Assembly: GCA_964187785.1 (NCBI GenBank)
Contig: OZ076418.1
Coordinates: 41,478,001 to 41,542,000 of the forward strand
Length of the DNA stretch: 64,000 nt
Direction: 5' to 3'
From: Amphiscolops sp. MND2022
Taxonomy: Eukaryota
The first letter of the stretch is position 1. Each line of letters begins with the position of its first letter. A program made the position numbers and the translations under genes. The notes beneath the pieces were generated by a model that saw only the letters and a program-made list of their open reading frames with translations, did not search any database and was not told the origin of the DNA. Below, piece after piece: positions 43,810-57,209 of this stretch.

Positions 43810-46800
43810 TTCAATGACAGCATTTTCGTTGAAGGGGTTATTGCGAGCATTCCGCCGAAGCCGCCAAAAAATGTACAATGAAATTGTCGTAGCACTCGTT
43901 ACTAGTACAACAGCTCAAACTAAAAATAATGATGTTGGTTATCATTCTGTATACTCAAACTTAACGGACGTCTTTTCTCACGGCAGAAAAAGACCGATTT
44001 CACATCGAAATCACTTTCAACCATTTGTTTTTCCAAAATCAATAAAATTATACTTGTAACGGATTGTTCATTATACCGTGGAAACATTTCATAAACAGAA
44101 TATTTCCTTGTTTAATCTTCTGAGATGATCATTATTCTAGTGCCATTTTGGTCATCATCTTAGGAGATATTGCACCCACACCTGTGGTCTGCAATCGAGG
44201 GGAAACATTTAAAATACAAAACAAAAATTTAATACACACACCATAGCAAATCGCAAAAAGATTCGTAACTACCCCCATTGAAGTTAAGTTATCTACTGAA
44301 TTCGACAAGAGGAAAGTTATGACTAACGCAAGACTGCTAAAAGGATCCAACTTGTTTGTTAAACCCAAACTCCTATGTTGAAATTTTTCCGAAATTCCAG
44401 TCGGAGTCATTCTGAACTTTTGAACACATAAAATCTCTCGGGAATTGGACAGAATTGCATGAACAACTAATTTGAAAATTTTTGACTTTTCGACATCCTC
44501 TCGATCAATTTGAAGCATTTTTCGATGATGAGTTGTATTTGTCTTCTGACAAAACCCTACTGGACAACGAACTCTTCCCTTGTTTCGCAGTTTCCACATT
44601 CTGGTCCATCGAGTCTATCGATAATTCGAAAAAATCGAATAAAATAGTGAATAGGAAACCTCGGAATTTTTATATTTTCGGTGTCAATTTGAGACAATTT
44701 TCATTCAAGAAACTGCATTTATCTCTCCACCAAGCCTACCGGGCAACAAATTTATCCCTTGTTGATCTTTTCTTGATTTGGCAGAATTTGAAAAAACGCA
44801 TCACAGATCATGATTTTCATCCCCCAAATTAATTTGTGGGGTCGTAAAATAATAAAAAACGAGTTCTTGTCTTGTTTACCGTTTTATTCTAACTCAAGAA
44901 GTCTTTCGAAAATTTGACAAAAATTGCAAGAAATTGTAAAAAACCAATATTTTGATATTTTTGTTCATTTCGGTCTCAATGTGAGGCATTTTTCGTACAA
45001 TAACCCGCCTTTTTACTACGAAGACGCCTCCTGGACAACGAATTCTTTCTTTGTTGAACGTTTTCAACATACTTAGCCATCAAGTCTATCGAAAATTTGA
45101 TAGAAATTGCTCAAAAACGCTAGAAATTGGAAAATTTTAACATTTTTGGTTATTCGGGGGTCCTTGGGGCAATCACAAAGTCCAAAAATCTCTACAAATA
45201 CATATCACACGGAGCCAAATTTATGTGAGTTGAATTCTATGGCTGACATCCTTGAATTTGAATATAAATTCAGTGCTTGGCAAATTTTGTAAAATTTGAT
45301 TTGAATATTTTCCTTTACGATATGGAATATGGGCGGAAAATAAAAATCCCACTATAGTCGCTAAGGAATGTTTATGTGACAGATCATCCCCAAAGACTCC
45401 AATAAAAGAATAGGATAAAACTCCCAAAAAAGACTCCATTCCATCTATCATGTCTTAATGTCAAAAAATACAACAAACTGAAATGTTGGAACGTTTTTAA
45501 AACACCTGGATGTAGCCCGCACGTAGCGTCGTGGATATCAGTTCGCGTTGCAGAAACTCTTTTGCAAAACAGAATCTTTGCAGCAAAAAACCACAGCCTA
45601 AAAATTTTAACGAATCGAGAATTGCACAAAACTGGTGCAAGATCTACAAATCAGCTTTTGACTCTGTTCGAATGAAAAACGATTTTGTCATACCAACCAA
45701 AGAATTATCACAAAATATTTCTGCAGTTTTTCGACTAAGGTAACTACAAAATGAAACAAAACTTCGCAAAAAATGAAGCAAGACTTTTTTGGCTGGGATC
45801 ATTTCCAAAAAAAAGAGAAAATACTTTCGAAAAACATCAAAAATAGATACCTTTGCCAATTTGGGACTATCATTTGTGAATTTGAGGTGAAATTCGTGTA
45901 AAACCAACGTGAAACTTTTCAATGGTTATAAACGTTATTTTTATACGCCCGTAACAAACCAACTAATCATTGTTGTTGGGGATTTTCGGCAGCGCCGAAG
46001 GGATTCTTTCCCACTATTGAAATTATGACTGGTGAAATTAGCCAAAAACAGCACCTAGTTTTTACCTTACATGGTTTATCGAAGAAATCTCCGAAATAAC
46101 TGCAATGGACATCACTCGCCTGTTAAAAACAAGTTCGAGATCTCTGTTTGAGGTCGGCATTTGATGACAAAGTCTAGATCAAACCTGCTCGAGCTGTGAT
46201 TTATTCCAGAAATTTGACCCTGATAAGTCTTCAAGTAGAAACTATGTGTAACTGGTGTCCCCACAACAAGTAATTCTCGTTTGTCTTTCAGTTGTGGAAA
46301 TGTTTCCACTATACGATCCCAAATTTTAGCAGCAAACTTGTCCTTCAAAGCTTCGTATTTATCATCTTGTTTTCTTTCAGGACAGTCATCCCAAAGTCGA
46401 AACCATCGATAAGGCACAAAAGTTATTGCTATACAAGTGGCAGGAACATCCTGATGAATGAAACTGTAATTCGGGTCCTTTGCACAGGGAAAGGTTACAT
46501 AAAGAATAGGAACTCCAAAGTTTTCAATAGCTGTGAAAGGATCCGGTTCCGAAACCCACTTCGTGAACAACTCGCTGTAATCAAGACCATCGTACAACCA
46601 GGTGTTTCTCGCAGGAAGTTTCAGATTTGCCTTAGTATCTGATAAACCAATGAAAACATTGAAAAAACTTATACCGGGTTCACTTCTGTTCAACAGCCAA
46701 TTAGCTTCCGGACAATATTGGTCTACAATGTGCCTTGGAATCAAGTTTCGGTAAGTGTTAAAAAGGCCAACTCCAGAGATAACAGTATCAGCCATAAATT

Positions 46801-48211
46801 GAATAGAAGCACTTGGACCACATCTGACAAGAACACCATATGCTTGCATTTTGTTATTATCCAGTCTTCGAATCAAAATTTCATTAGCACAGGCTTTGGT
46901 GTAGAAATTGCCGCCATTCTTCAAGATCGTTTTGTTCAAGTAATAAGCTATGGATGATGGTCCGTTAACAGGGTAGTAAGTTCCACTAGAGATCAATCGA
47001 CCCAAAGTTGACGCCACTGCAAAAACTGGGCATCTATTGGGCGGTGTTGCTATATAGCCCCAAGAAGAAAGAAAACAGGCTCGAAGTTCTTCATTTTCAG
47101 TTATTTCTTCCACCAGATCTACAGCTGGTTTTGTTAAAAAATCAGTCCACCGACGAAAATACTTCAAACGGGATACTTTTTTCAACACAGTAGCTAACCA
47201 GCGCGGTGATAACTTCAACAAGGTAAGAAACACATTCAAACTCAAACACTTCTTGATGATTGTAATGAATTCATCAATTGCCACTTCTTCATCTGGAAAA
47301 GTTCGCAGCATCGTCTCTTTCCATCCCTCAAAGGTACTTTCCATGATGATTTTCATTTCATTCTTTTTCTTTCCGTCCTTCCTGAGAACGATCTCATCGA
47401 ACTGATCGTCTAATTTACGCCAGCACAACTGTCCTTCACATAATTGTTCCAAAAGCTTGAAATTCATACTTCCAGCATCGAGTTCCGAAGCAAAGTGGAA
47501 CCCAGTGTCGAACTCGAAGTTGCCTTCTTTGAATGTATGACAACCTCCGCCTAATTTGGCATGTTGCTCCAACACCAACACTTTTTTCCCTATAGAAAGT
47601 AGCTTTTACGGAAAAGTAGAATTGTCAACGGAAAAGCAAGCAAATTCCGAATGAACCTGATTTTGCCAAAATAGCACTGGCAATGAGTGACGAGACACCA
47701 CTACCAATACAAATGACATCATAGCTGCGACAGAAGTCTGATTCCAACTCTGATGGTTCTAAGTGGTTCCTCAAGACTTTTCTCCGACTTCTCGGGACAC
47801 GCGAAGGAGTGGCCATTTCAATAACAGCATTTTCGTTGAAGGGGTTATTGCGAGCATTCCGCCGAAGCCGCCAAAAGATGTACAATGAAACTGTCGTAGC
47901 ACTCGTTACTAGTACAACAGCCCAAACTAAAAATAATGATGATGGTTATCATTCCGTATACTCAAACTTAACGGACGTCTTTTCTCACGGTAGAAAAAGA
48001 CCTATTTCACATCGAAATCACTTTCAACCATTTGTTTTTCCAATATCAATATCAATAAAAATACACTTGTAACGGATTGTTCTTTATACCGTGGAAACAT
48101 TTCATAAACAGAATATCTCCTTGTTTAATCTTCTGAGATGATCATTATTCTAGTGCCATTTTGGTCATTATCTTAGGAGATATTGCATTTGTGGTCTGCA
48201 ATCGAGGGGAA
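40359..48211. repeat. Recent ~4.0-kb tandem segmental duplication (40359-44204 vs 44375-48211)
   Basis: Offset 4016, then 4007 after a 9-bp indel. Near-identical sequence including introns. Confidence 0.95.
46120..47816 (-). CDS. RETSAT: RETSAT-like copy C, exons 1-2 (47816-47657, 47589-46120); no terminal exon of its own
   Basis: Intact duplicate of copy B exons 1-2 with a few amino-acid changes and the same GC donor at 46119. Confidence 0.8.
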
Positions 48212-48599
48212 GAAGAAGAAATCAATTAACCTTCGGGATGTGGCAGTACAAATGACTTTCTATCATCGATTCCAGAACAAAGTAAATAGTATAAATAGAA
48301 TTGACACAGAAGGAAGGCAAGTGAGGATTGCAGGATTACAAGAATTAATCGATGCTTGCAATAAAGCCAGCCAACGCATTTATAACATGCTTGTTTTCGC
48401 AATTTAGCAAACCAACTAGCGTTTCGTCAATGTTTTGATTTTGAAGCTCCTTAATGAAACTCCTTCGGTGTTCTTGGTATATGACACAGGAAAATAAGAA
48501 GTGTGCAGTATCATCGACAACTCTACAATAGGGACAAATATCGGTTTTGCTCTTTTTACTTCTGAATAATACTTCGCGTACTTCAAAATCATTCATTAG
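48212..48599 (-). mobile_element. 5'-truncated 3' end of another LINE inserted after the duplication
   Basis: CPYC...DTAHFLFSC C-terminal CCHC motif and a TTC-repeat tail. Absent at the equivalent site (44204) of the other duplicate. Confidence 0.7.
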
Positions 48600-49099
48600 A
48601 ACATTTAAAATGCAAACACAAAAGATTTAATACACATACCATAGCAAATCACAAGAAGATTCGTAACTACCTTATCACAACAGCCACATATGCAATACAA
48701 AGAAGTTAATTTTCTTTGGTGTAGTATATACATATATAATACAATAAAGTATAATATATAAAGATAGTTAACAATTTTTTTCCATTGGTATTTATCTACA
48801 CCAAAGGGGACCCTCCAAAAATGAAAAATACTAAGACGGGGGAGGACCCTCCTTACACAGAACATCACACAAAAACTATATCAGCCAGACATTCACTCTT
48901 CATTCGGTTTTTGATGTTACGGAGACTTTTGCTAAGCTCTCGACTTTCGCATATCTCGTATTCAGGAGGCAAAAGTTTTTTCCTCAGAAGGTGATTCAGT
49001 AGTAACGTTCCACGATACTTCAGAGACTGTCGTTGAACTTCCAAACCTAGCCGCGGTACATTAAACATATTCGTGCTAACGCTTCGTGAGGAAATCGAT

Positions 49100-50294
49100 G
49101 GGTGGGCGGAAGTAGGTCGAAGGAACGGGATCGAAAATCAGAGTTAGTCCTCAGGTCGACATACCAAAGTTTTTGAATGGGATCGAAACAACTAGGATCG
49201 AAATTTAGGCGGTGGGCGTTTGGATCGAATGAATTTGCGCGAATATGCAATCTGTAGGGTGGGCGGAAATAGGTCGAAGGAACGGGATCGAAAATCAGAG
49301 TTAGTCCTCAGGACGACAATACCAAATTTTTGAATGGGATCGAAACAACTCGGATCGAAATTTTTATAACGTAGTCAGATATGTTCACATACCCCTAGTG
49401 CCCTGAATGCAGGAGCGAAGCGAAGCGGAGCGACGTGCCATATGGCCATGCCTCAATGTTGCTACTTGGCGAAGGGAGCGAAGCGACCGAGCCATACAAC
49501 AAATACAATAAAATTCGACCGCATTCCAATCGATCCCTGTAATTCGATCAAAAAGTTCGACCTCAGTCCTTTCGACCAGAAAAATTCGACCTATTTACAG
49601 CCACCCCAATCTGTAACTGAGATCGAAGTAAAATGGTCAAAGATAATGAGATCGAATCCGTGTTTTCAAATACCTAGCGTTTTCAAATAACAACGATTTT
49701 GGCCGTCGGATATACTTCCCATTTCCTCTAATGCCCCGCGGCCCCTTGGGGCCGCTTATATTCCCATCTTGCTAAGCGAGGTCGAACAGAAGCAAAGACC
49801 TAGCGGGAACGGAGATCGCGAAGCCATCGTAGTGGAAGCTGGTCCTTGCGACGGTGAGGGCGAGCGTGCATACACCGTATATGATCCCATATTAGGTGGG
49901 AAAAACTACCTAAATAATTTTAAACGCTTTTAAACACTTTACAGGAGCAAAAACCTAGCAAAACCGGAAAAATTCGATCTCAAAACCTTCGATCCATTTT
50001 CGATCTCGCTTTTCGCTCACACAAAAAATCGATCCAAAAATACCCCATCTGAATTTTATATAACGTAGTCAGATATGTTAACATACCCCCAGTGCCCTGA
50101 ATGCAGGAGCGAAGCGGACTGACGTGCCATATGGCCATGCCTCATGTGGCTACTTGGCGAAGGGAGCAAAGCGACCGAGCCATACAACAAGTACAATAAA
50201 ATTCGACCGCATTCCATTCGATCCCTGCAATTCGATCAAAAGGTTCGACCTCTGTCCTTTCGATCAGAAAAATTCGACCTATTTACAGCCACCC
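49100..50294. mobile_element. Mutator-like MITE with 9-bp TSD (GAAATCGAT)
   Basis: TIR GGGTGGGCGGAAGTAGGTCGAA / TTCGACCTATTTACAGCCACCC; TSD at 49091-49099 and 50295-50303. Confidence 0.85.
49257..49606. mobile_element. Same-family MITE nested inside the previous copy (TSD CAATCTGTA)
   Basis: TSD at 49248-49256 and 49607-49615; same TIRs. Confidence 0.85.
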
Positions 50295-50531
50295 GAAATC
50301 GATGAGCTCTTATGTGTGAAGAGACTTTCTACATTTTTATCATTTTTGAATGAACGGCAAATTTCAAAAGTTCACAAACGTAGAGATCATGAACATTCTT
50401 ATACGGCTTCTTACGAACAGCTCCTCGGACGGATAACTTCGATTTTTGAAAAAGATAATTCGAAGTACTTTCTTTTGGAGCAAAAGTATGTCCTTCAATT
50501 TACTTTTCTTCGTGCAATTGTATACTAAAAG

Positions 50532-51014
50532 AGGTGGGCGGAAATAGGTCGAAGGAACGGAATCGAAAATCAGAGTTAGTCCTCGAGTCGACTTACCAAA
50601 TTTTTGAATGGGATCAAAATAACTCGGATCAAAACTTTGATTTTTGGGAAACAAATCGAATTGCCGCAAATAGACTTTTCTAGAAAAGTATAAAACGTGT
50701 CTCGGATATGTCCCCCTTTCCTCTAGTGACCCGCGGCCCCTTGGGGCTGCTTATGTTCCCCTCTTGCTGAGCGAGGTCGAACAGGAGCAATGACGATCGT
50801 AGAGGGAGCTGGTCTTTGGGACGGTGAGGGCGAGCGTGAATACACAGCATAGGCCCCACATTATGATAGTCAACCGACTTGAGGCAAACGAAGAACGTTT
50901 TCGACCCGAAGGCTTCGATCAAATTCGACCGCATTCCATTCGATCCCTGCAATTCGATCAAAAGGTTCGACCTCTGTCCTTTCGACCAAAAAACTTGACC
51001 TATTTACAGCACCC
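50532..51014. mobile_element. Third MITE copy (TSD TACTAAAAG)
   Basis: TSD at 50523-50531 and 51015-51023. Removing it restores the LINE frame IQYGLLV|YNCT. Confidence 0.85.
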
Positions 51015-52918
51015 TACTAAAAGACCGTACTGGATGATAGGCTTCATGTAAATGTTATAATACCTGATCACTATTGAACTTTTACAAAAACGTCTCAACC
51101 GCATTGTCACTGATACATGTTTAGCCAATTTACCAATACACTTTGAACATGCGCTTCGAAGATCAGATTTTTATCCAAGTGAACACCCAGATATTTCACA
51201 GATTTCGTTGGAGATAGAATAATATTTGCCATTTTTAGATTTACACCCCGACAGCACAAGAAGTGCACAAGCTCAGTCTTTCCAATATAAAGGCTCAATT
51301 TATTTTTTGCCATCCACGACGGTTTTTGTTCAACTTCATTTTGAAATGTCGACATAGCATTTTTCGGTCGGATATAGACACAGTTAGTATTATCTGCGTA
51401 CAAGAATGATACAAAATCATCACAAGAGCTTGGAAAGTCATTGACGTATATTAGAAACATAAGTGGTCCCAGAATCGATCCTTGTGGTACACCACACTCA
51501 ACAGCTAGGGTGTTGGAATACTGATTAATGTTAGCAACGAATGGGTACGATCATTGAGATACGACCTGAACCATTCTAAACAAATACCTCTCACACCATA
51601 GCTCTCTTATTTGAATAACAAGATTTCATGATTTATCGTATCAAAAGCTTTTCTTAGATCTAATAGCATACAGGATACATCAAGATGGGCTTTATTCCGG
51701 ATCAGTTCCGTTATGTCCGTTAGTGCAAGCAGTGTACTCATTTTTGATCTGAATCCGAAATGACGACAATAGAAAAGATTGTTTACTTGCATTAATTTAT
51801 ACAGTCTCTCGAGTACTACCCGCTCAAAGACTTTGCTTAGAACCGATAAAATTGATATGGGTCTATAATTCTCAAAATTGCTCTTTTTCCCAGATTTAAA
51901 GATTAGAACCATTTTCGCAGTTTTCAAAATTTTCGGGAAAACACCACTTGATAGTGATTCGTTGATAAAGTAGGCAAGTCTATCACAAATCAGATCAAGA
52001 CTAACCTTTAAAATTTCAGCAAATAGCCCATCTAACCCGCCCGCTTTATGGTTCTTATGTCTCGTACAATTTTAGAGATTTCCAGCGAATCAGTTGGATA
52101 GAAAAAGAGGGACTTCTCATTGTTATATAATCCTTCAGTAGTGAATGGAACTGTGGGAAATGAAGTAGCTAAAGTTTTGCTTTCGAAACGAACTTCTCAT
52201 TGAAGACGTTTGATACGGCAAAATCATCAGTGTTCAATTTGTTTTCATTGTCTGCGATTATGAAGTTACTTTTCTTCTTCTGTCTACCAGTTAGTCCAAT
52301 CAATTCGTTGAAAAAGCGTTTTGGCGAATTCAAGAAACGGGTAAGTCGATCATCAAAGAATTATCGTTTATTCGACCGCATGAGATCGCTGACGAGATTT
52401 CTCATTTTCGTGTTTTTAATTTTGTTAGACGGAGTGCGATATCGCTTGTATCTGTTAAAACGAAATCATGTCGGGTTATGTTTTTCTTCACATCTTTGTC
52501 AAACCAAAGTTTTTTTTGATTTTGTAACATTTATTTTGTCTTTGAAAGTGAAAACGTCGACAGCTGTTGTGAGTGCATCAGCCAGACTTTCAGTTAACAT
52601 ATCGACGTCCTGTTCTAAAATTGACAGTTCCAGACATTGCCTTAAGTAGTTTAGGTATTTCTCTTTATGATTCCCATTTCGAAGAAATGCCATTGTTGCC
52701 CTGTTTTGTCGAAAACGAATGGATTGAGATCACAAACATCTTTTTACTCTTTTCACATCCACTTTATTCGCAGTTTTGAACTTTCCATTCACAAACTTGC
52801 CAAAATGCCCAAAAGTGATACACTAAAGGCATGCTAGGACCAAGAAAACTATATAAAGGAACAGCATCTGAAACCGGGACAGGCAATTAAAGATTGGAAA
52901 ATAATTATACAAAAAAGC

Positions 52919-53113
52919 GATTGTAATGAATGCATCATTTGCCACTTCTTCATCTGGAAAATTTTGCAGTATCGTCTCTTTCCATCCCTTAAAGGTACTT
53001 TCCATAATGATTTTCGTTTCATTCTTTTTATTTCCGTCTTTCCTGAGATTGATCTCATCGAACTGATCGTCTAGTTTACGCCATCACAACTGTACTTCAC
53101 ATAGTTGTTCCAA
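52919..53113 (-). pseudogene. RETSAT fragment (copy D)
   Basis: Clearly homologous to 47249-47450 (WRKLDDQFDEI...MESTFKGWKE...FPDEEVA), with an in-frame stop. Confidence 0.85.
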
Positions 53114-53127
53114 TCGTTACTAAGTGG

Positions 53128-53475
53128 AAAAAGCCTGATAGAGGACTTCGTCCTATCGCTGAAGGCAATACGTTCCACCGGTTATCCGCAAAATACGCCA
53201 GATACCATGTCTTCGAATCACGTCAGGCAAACTACGGAAGCTGACAAGTAGGTGTAGGCACCAAAAGGGGCGGTGAATTTGCCTCACATGTTTTCTGTTG
53301 TTTGATAGAAAGCCCCCAGCCCAAAGAGAACGTAATTTCGAAAACCAACTTTAAAACACTTTCAATTCGTTCAATCAACAAATCATGCTAGAGAAAACTT
53401 TTGAAATACACCCTAAAGTCATAAGTACTCACACTCGGCGTACAGTCGAACTTACCATTCTTGATAGCCTAATTG
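53128..53475 (+). mobile_element. Internal RT fragment of the CRE-like element
   Basis: Paralog of 54640-54960 (KKPDRGLRPIA...GVGTKRG). Confidence 0.8.
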
Positions 53476-53689
53476 TTGTGATAGGCTTGTTGAATAGCTT
53501 CCGAGACGACAATGATTTGAACTTGAGACTGGACAACATCTCTGACGCTGTTTTGTTGGGTTGTCGCTGCACTTCGGCCGAAAGAACCATCACAACCCGG
53601 TGAGATAATTCCATTTATATTTCACTTTATCAATCCAAGGTTTTTTTCATACACGGATTGCTTCACTGCTGTTGTGATTGTTTTTTTGG

Positions 53690-56600
53690 GGAGATTGGCA
53701 CACACCCAAATGAGTTGTGATGAAAAACAACGGAACCTGCAACGCTCTGAAGTGTCTGAAGCCCTCAGGGTTAATGAACTGGGTAAAGTGGAGGCTTTGC
53801 AACGAACGGGTTCATATAAAATGCGCCAATTAATCAAGAACGGAGGCTCGAAGCCTTGTCGAATTCAAATGTTGTAGATGCTCTTTAGTGAACACAATCC
53901 CTCAGTGTCACGATGATAACTTTAGACCAGACACTTTTTTCAATTCAGACGTTGTTCACTTGAAAAGAGTTCCCAAAAATTCACGGATCCCTCTAGCTGA
54001 AAACTTGATACCTAAAATTAATGATATTTGTGAAACCCCGACAAAAATTTCCTTGTGGTGCATATTGTTCTCCTCTCTAAGCTGCTGTTTGAGAAAAACT
54101 ACCTCGAGGAGGTAACTTCAGAGGTCATCACTCAGTGCAATATTCAACAAGCGTATTCGGGACTGTGTAATTGAAAAAAGACCGAAACGCGACAAAAAAC
54201 AGCAGCTGAAAAGCGAGTTAGATCGACGACTGCGTTCCATTTGCACTAAATTAGACATAGGTAAAGTTAAGGCCGGAATCAGAATGGCGGTAGGCGACGA
54301 CAAGTTTGCAGGCTTCACGGTCGACAACTACGCGGCCCTCAAGCTGAAACATCCGCAAAGGGAAACTTGCTTTGTTCCGGACCCCACAGATATCGATGGT
54401 TTTTCAACTTCGGAGTTTTTTGTCCACAAGGCTCTCATGTCCTTCCCCAATGGTTCTAGTGCAGGGTTGGATGGCATGGCAGTTCGCCCAAAGTTTTGAA
54501 AGATTGACTGCCAAGTCGAACAGGCAAACTTGACTGAATTCTCTCAGAGCCTTAACAAATCTTGTGAATGTGATTCACGACGGAAAAGTACCTTTCGCAC
54601 CTCGGCCGTACTTCTTTGGTGCGAAACTAATTGCTCTGAAAAAGCCTGATGGAGGACTTCGTCCCATCGCTGTAGGTATTACTTTCCACCGGTTATCCGC
54701 AAAATGCGCCGTATACCATGTCTTCGAATCACGTCAGGCAAGACACGGAAGTCGAGAAGAAGGTGTAGGCACCAAAAGGGGCGCTGAATTGGCCTCACAT
54801 ATTTTCTGTTGTTTGATAGAAAACCCCCAGCCGAAAGAAATCGTAATTTTGAAATTTGATTTCAAAAACGTTTTCAATTCTATTAACCGACAATTCATGC
54901 AAGAGAAAACTTTCGAAATACACTCTGAAAGTTATCAGTCCTCACACTCTGCGCACAGTCAACCATGTTTTCTTTTTTGTGATTCAGTAATCAAATTTTG
55001 TGAAGCGACCCAGCAAGCAGATCCTGAGTCTCCAGCTTTGTTTTCGGATTCCATTCAGGATCTAATTGACAAATTGGAGTCGAAAACAAACTTATGGCAC
55101 CTTTACAATGGAAACTTAAGTAATGATTACAGAACCGTTTTGGAAGATCTCAAAAAATTGTTGGTGCGGAAAAAACGGTGGGTCTCAAAATTAAACCCAT
55201 TATATGTGAAATTTTGTTCCTTGGGGACATCACTGGAAAACGCCGATCGACAATTTTAGCATCTTGCAAAAAATTTTGTCCCGGAATTAAAACACCAAAG
55301 AAAGACGAAGGTATCCTTCTTGGTTCACTGCTCGGTCCGAATTCACAGGCAGACTTATTGGAAAAGAAAATCAATGACCTGGAAAAAGTTGATGAAATTG
55401 TTGAAAAACTAGATGCGCACAATGGTTTTTTCATGTTGAAAAATTAGCTTCAGTCTTCCAAAATTGTTGTATTTCCTGAGAACCAGTACATGTTTTAATA
55501 ACCCAGCTATCTTGGAAAAGTATGACAAAATCGTACGCGACGTGCGTTCCATAGTGTAACGGCGACTTCGACAACATTTCGAGTACTCAGCTGGCCCGCT
55601 GAAATGTGTGGTCTAGGGTGTCATCCCCATCAATATTAGCACTTGCTGCCTTTTTGGCCTCAACTTTTGGTGCGAGTGACTTTCTCACGACGATTTTCTT
55701 GGAAATATTCGAAGATGTTTCATTAACAAAAGCGCTTCAGAAATGGTCGAGTTTGACGAATGAACATGAAAGTCCTCTCGATGGAACCCATAAAAATTGG
55801 ACACACCTGTCTTCGTCAAAAGCGCCCAACAATTGATTTTTAGAATCGATGACAAACGTTCGAAAGTTTTCAACGCTCACCAAGACAAATTCGGGTCTCA
55901 ATGGCTGAACGTCGTTCCTTGTAAAAACCTAGGCCTGAAACTTGATGATCAACAACTTCGGATTACAGTTGGTTCACGTCTCGGAGCCAACAGTTGCGTT
56001 GCGCATACGTGCCACTGTGGTAAAAGAGTTGTACCGGACGGTTTACACGGTCTTTTTTGCACCAAGAGTGCTGGTCGCTTCTCACGTCATGCTACTCTCA
56101 ATGCTCTCATAAAGCAGACGTTGGGATCTCTCGACTTGCCTTCAATGCTCGAACCGCGTGGACTGTACCGAACCGATGGCAAACGCCAGACGGTGTTACC
56201 ATGATTCCTTGAGAACTGGGTAAACAGCTGGTGTGGGATTTCACGGATGTGGATGCTGTTGCACCCAGTCGCCTGAAGCAAGGCTCTTTATGCAACCCCG
56301 GAACCACCGCCACCGAGGCTGAAGTGCGTAAAATTGAGAAGTGTCGCGAATTAAGAGACAATGGATACATTTTTCAACCGGTGGCCTTGGAAGTACAGGG
56401 TTCCTTAGGCGAGAGCAGTGAAATTTTCATCACGCGTCTCTGAAAAATGCTCTGTCGTTCTCACGACGATTAACGAGCTGGCAGCTTTTGAAGCAACGAA
56501 GTTCAATGGCTCTTCAGATCAGCAATGGGGCTTGTCTTCTAGAAACTGTGAGTGACAGAGATGCGTTCGAAGAAATTTAATACATCTAGTTTATTTTTTA

Positions 56601-56938
56601 AAAAAAACCTCTATATCATTGCAGCTTTAAAACTTTCGACCAGTTGATTGGGATCAATGGCTGGTATGAGTAGTTTGTTGGTTGGTACTTTTGGTACTGG
56701 TCAACTGGGATAGTGGCTTGTATGGGGTTCACTACGGTCGTTGCAGACCTCGGGTGCGTGTCTTCTACGACCCCCCCCCCCAACTTGATGATACACATGG
56801 CACTTGATTGATGACGAAGATCCATGATGTGTGTTGAAGGGAAAAGAACAAAAGGAAAAAAAGAAGAATAAAATATTGACAAAAAAGGTTTCAATTAATC
56901 TTTGATGAAAATTCATGATATCTGATGGAGGAAAAAAA
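53690..56938 (+). mobile_element. CRE-clade (RLE-type) non-LTR retrotransposon, frameshifted
   Basis: AKLIALKKPDGGLRPIAVG, GVGTKRGAE, DFKNVFNS, QQADP; CHCG...HGLFC zinc knuckle; RTDGKRPDG and WDFT restriction-like endonuclease; 3' UTR ending in A7. Confidence 0.85.
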
Positions 56939-57209
56939 TACTTGCCAATCAAAAAATGACACCAATTATGGCAATGATTGAGTCACTTGAAGCAGTAAAA
57001 AATGAAAACAAAAACCATTCGAAAAAATTACAAAACGATATCAACCAGAAAGAACAGAATTGACCGTTACAACGGTCCATCACCCTTTGTTCGCCAGAAA
57101 GAACAGCTGTTGTTCCAATTGTTTGGGTGTTATATTCTGTCACAAATCATTGAGCATAGCCTAGAGCACTAAGAATCCTCTCCAAGCTATTGGATGGCGG
57201 AAACGAGAA

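Larger units (their letters stand above)
48110..52800 (-). mobile_element. Degenerate L2/CR1-group (Crack-like) LINE, fragmented by nested insertions
   Basis: RT motifs YRPISIL, GFRSKMST, LDLRKAFDTINH, GVPQGSILGP, YADNT, YLGVHLD; then LQKKVLRIIF and SLKYRGTLLLNHL; 3' UTR continues to ~48110. Confidence 0.85.
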
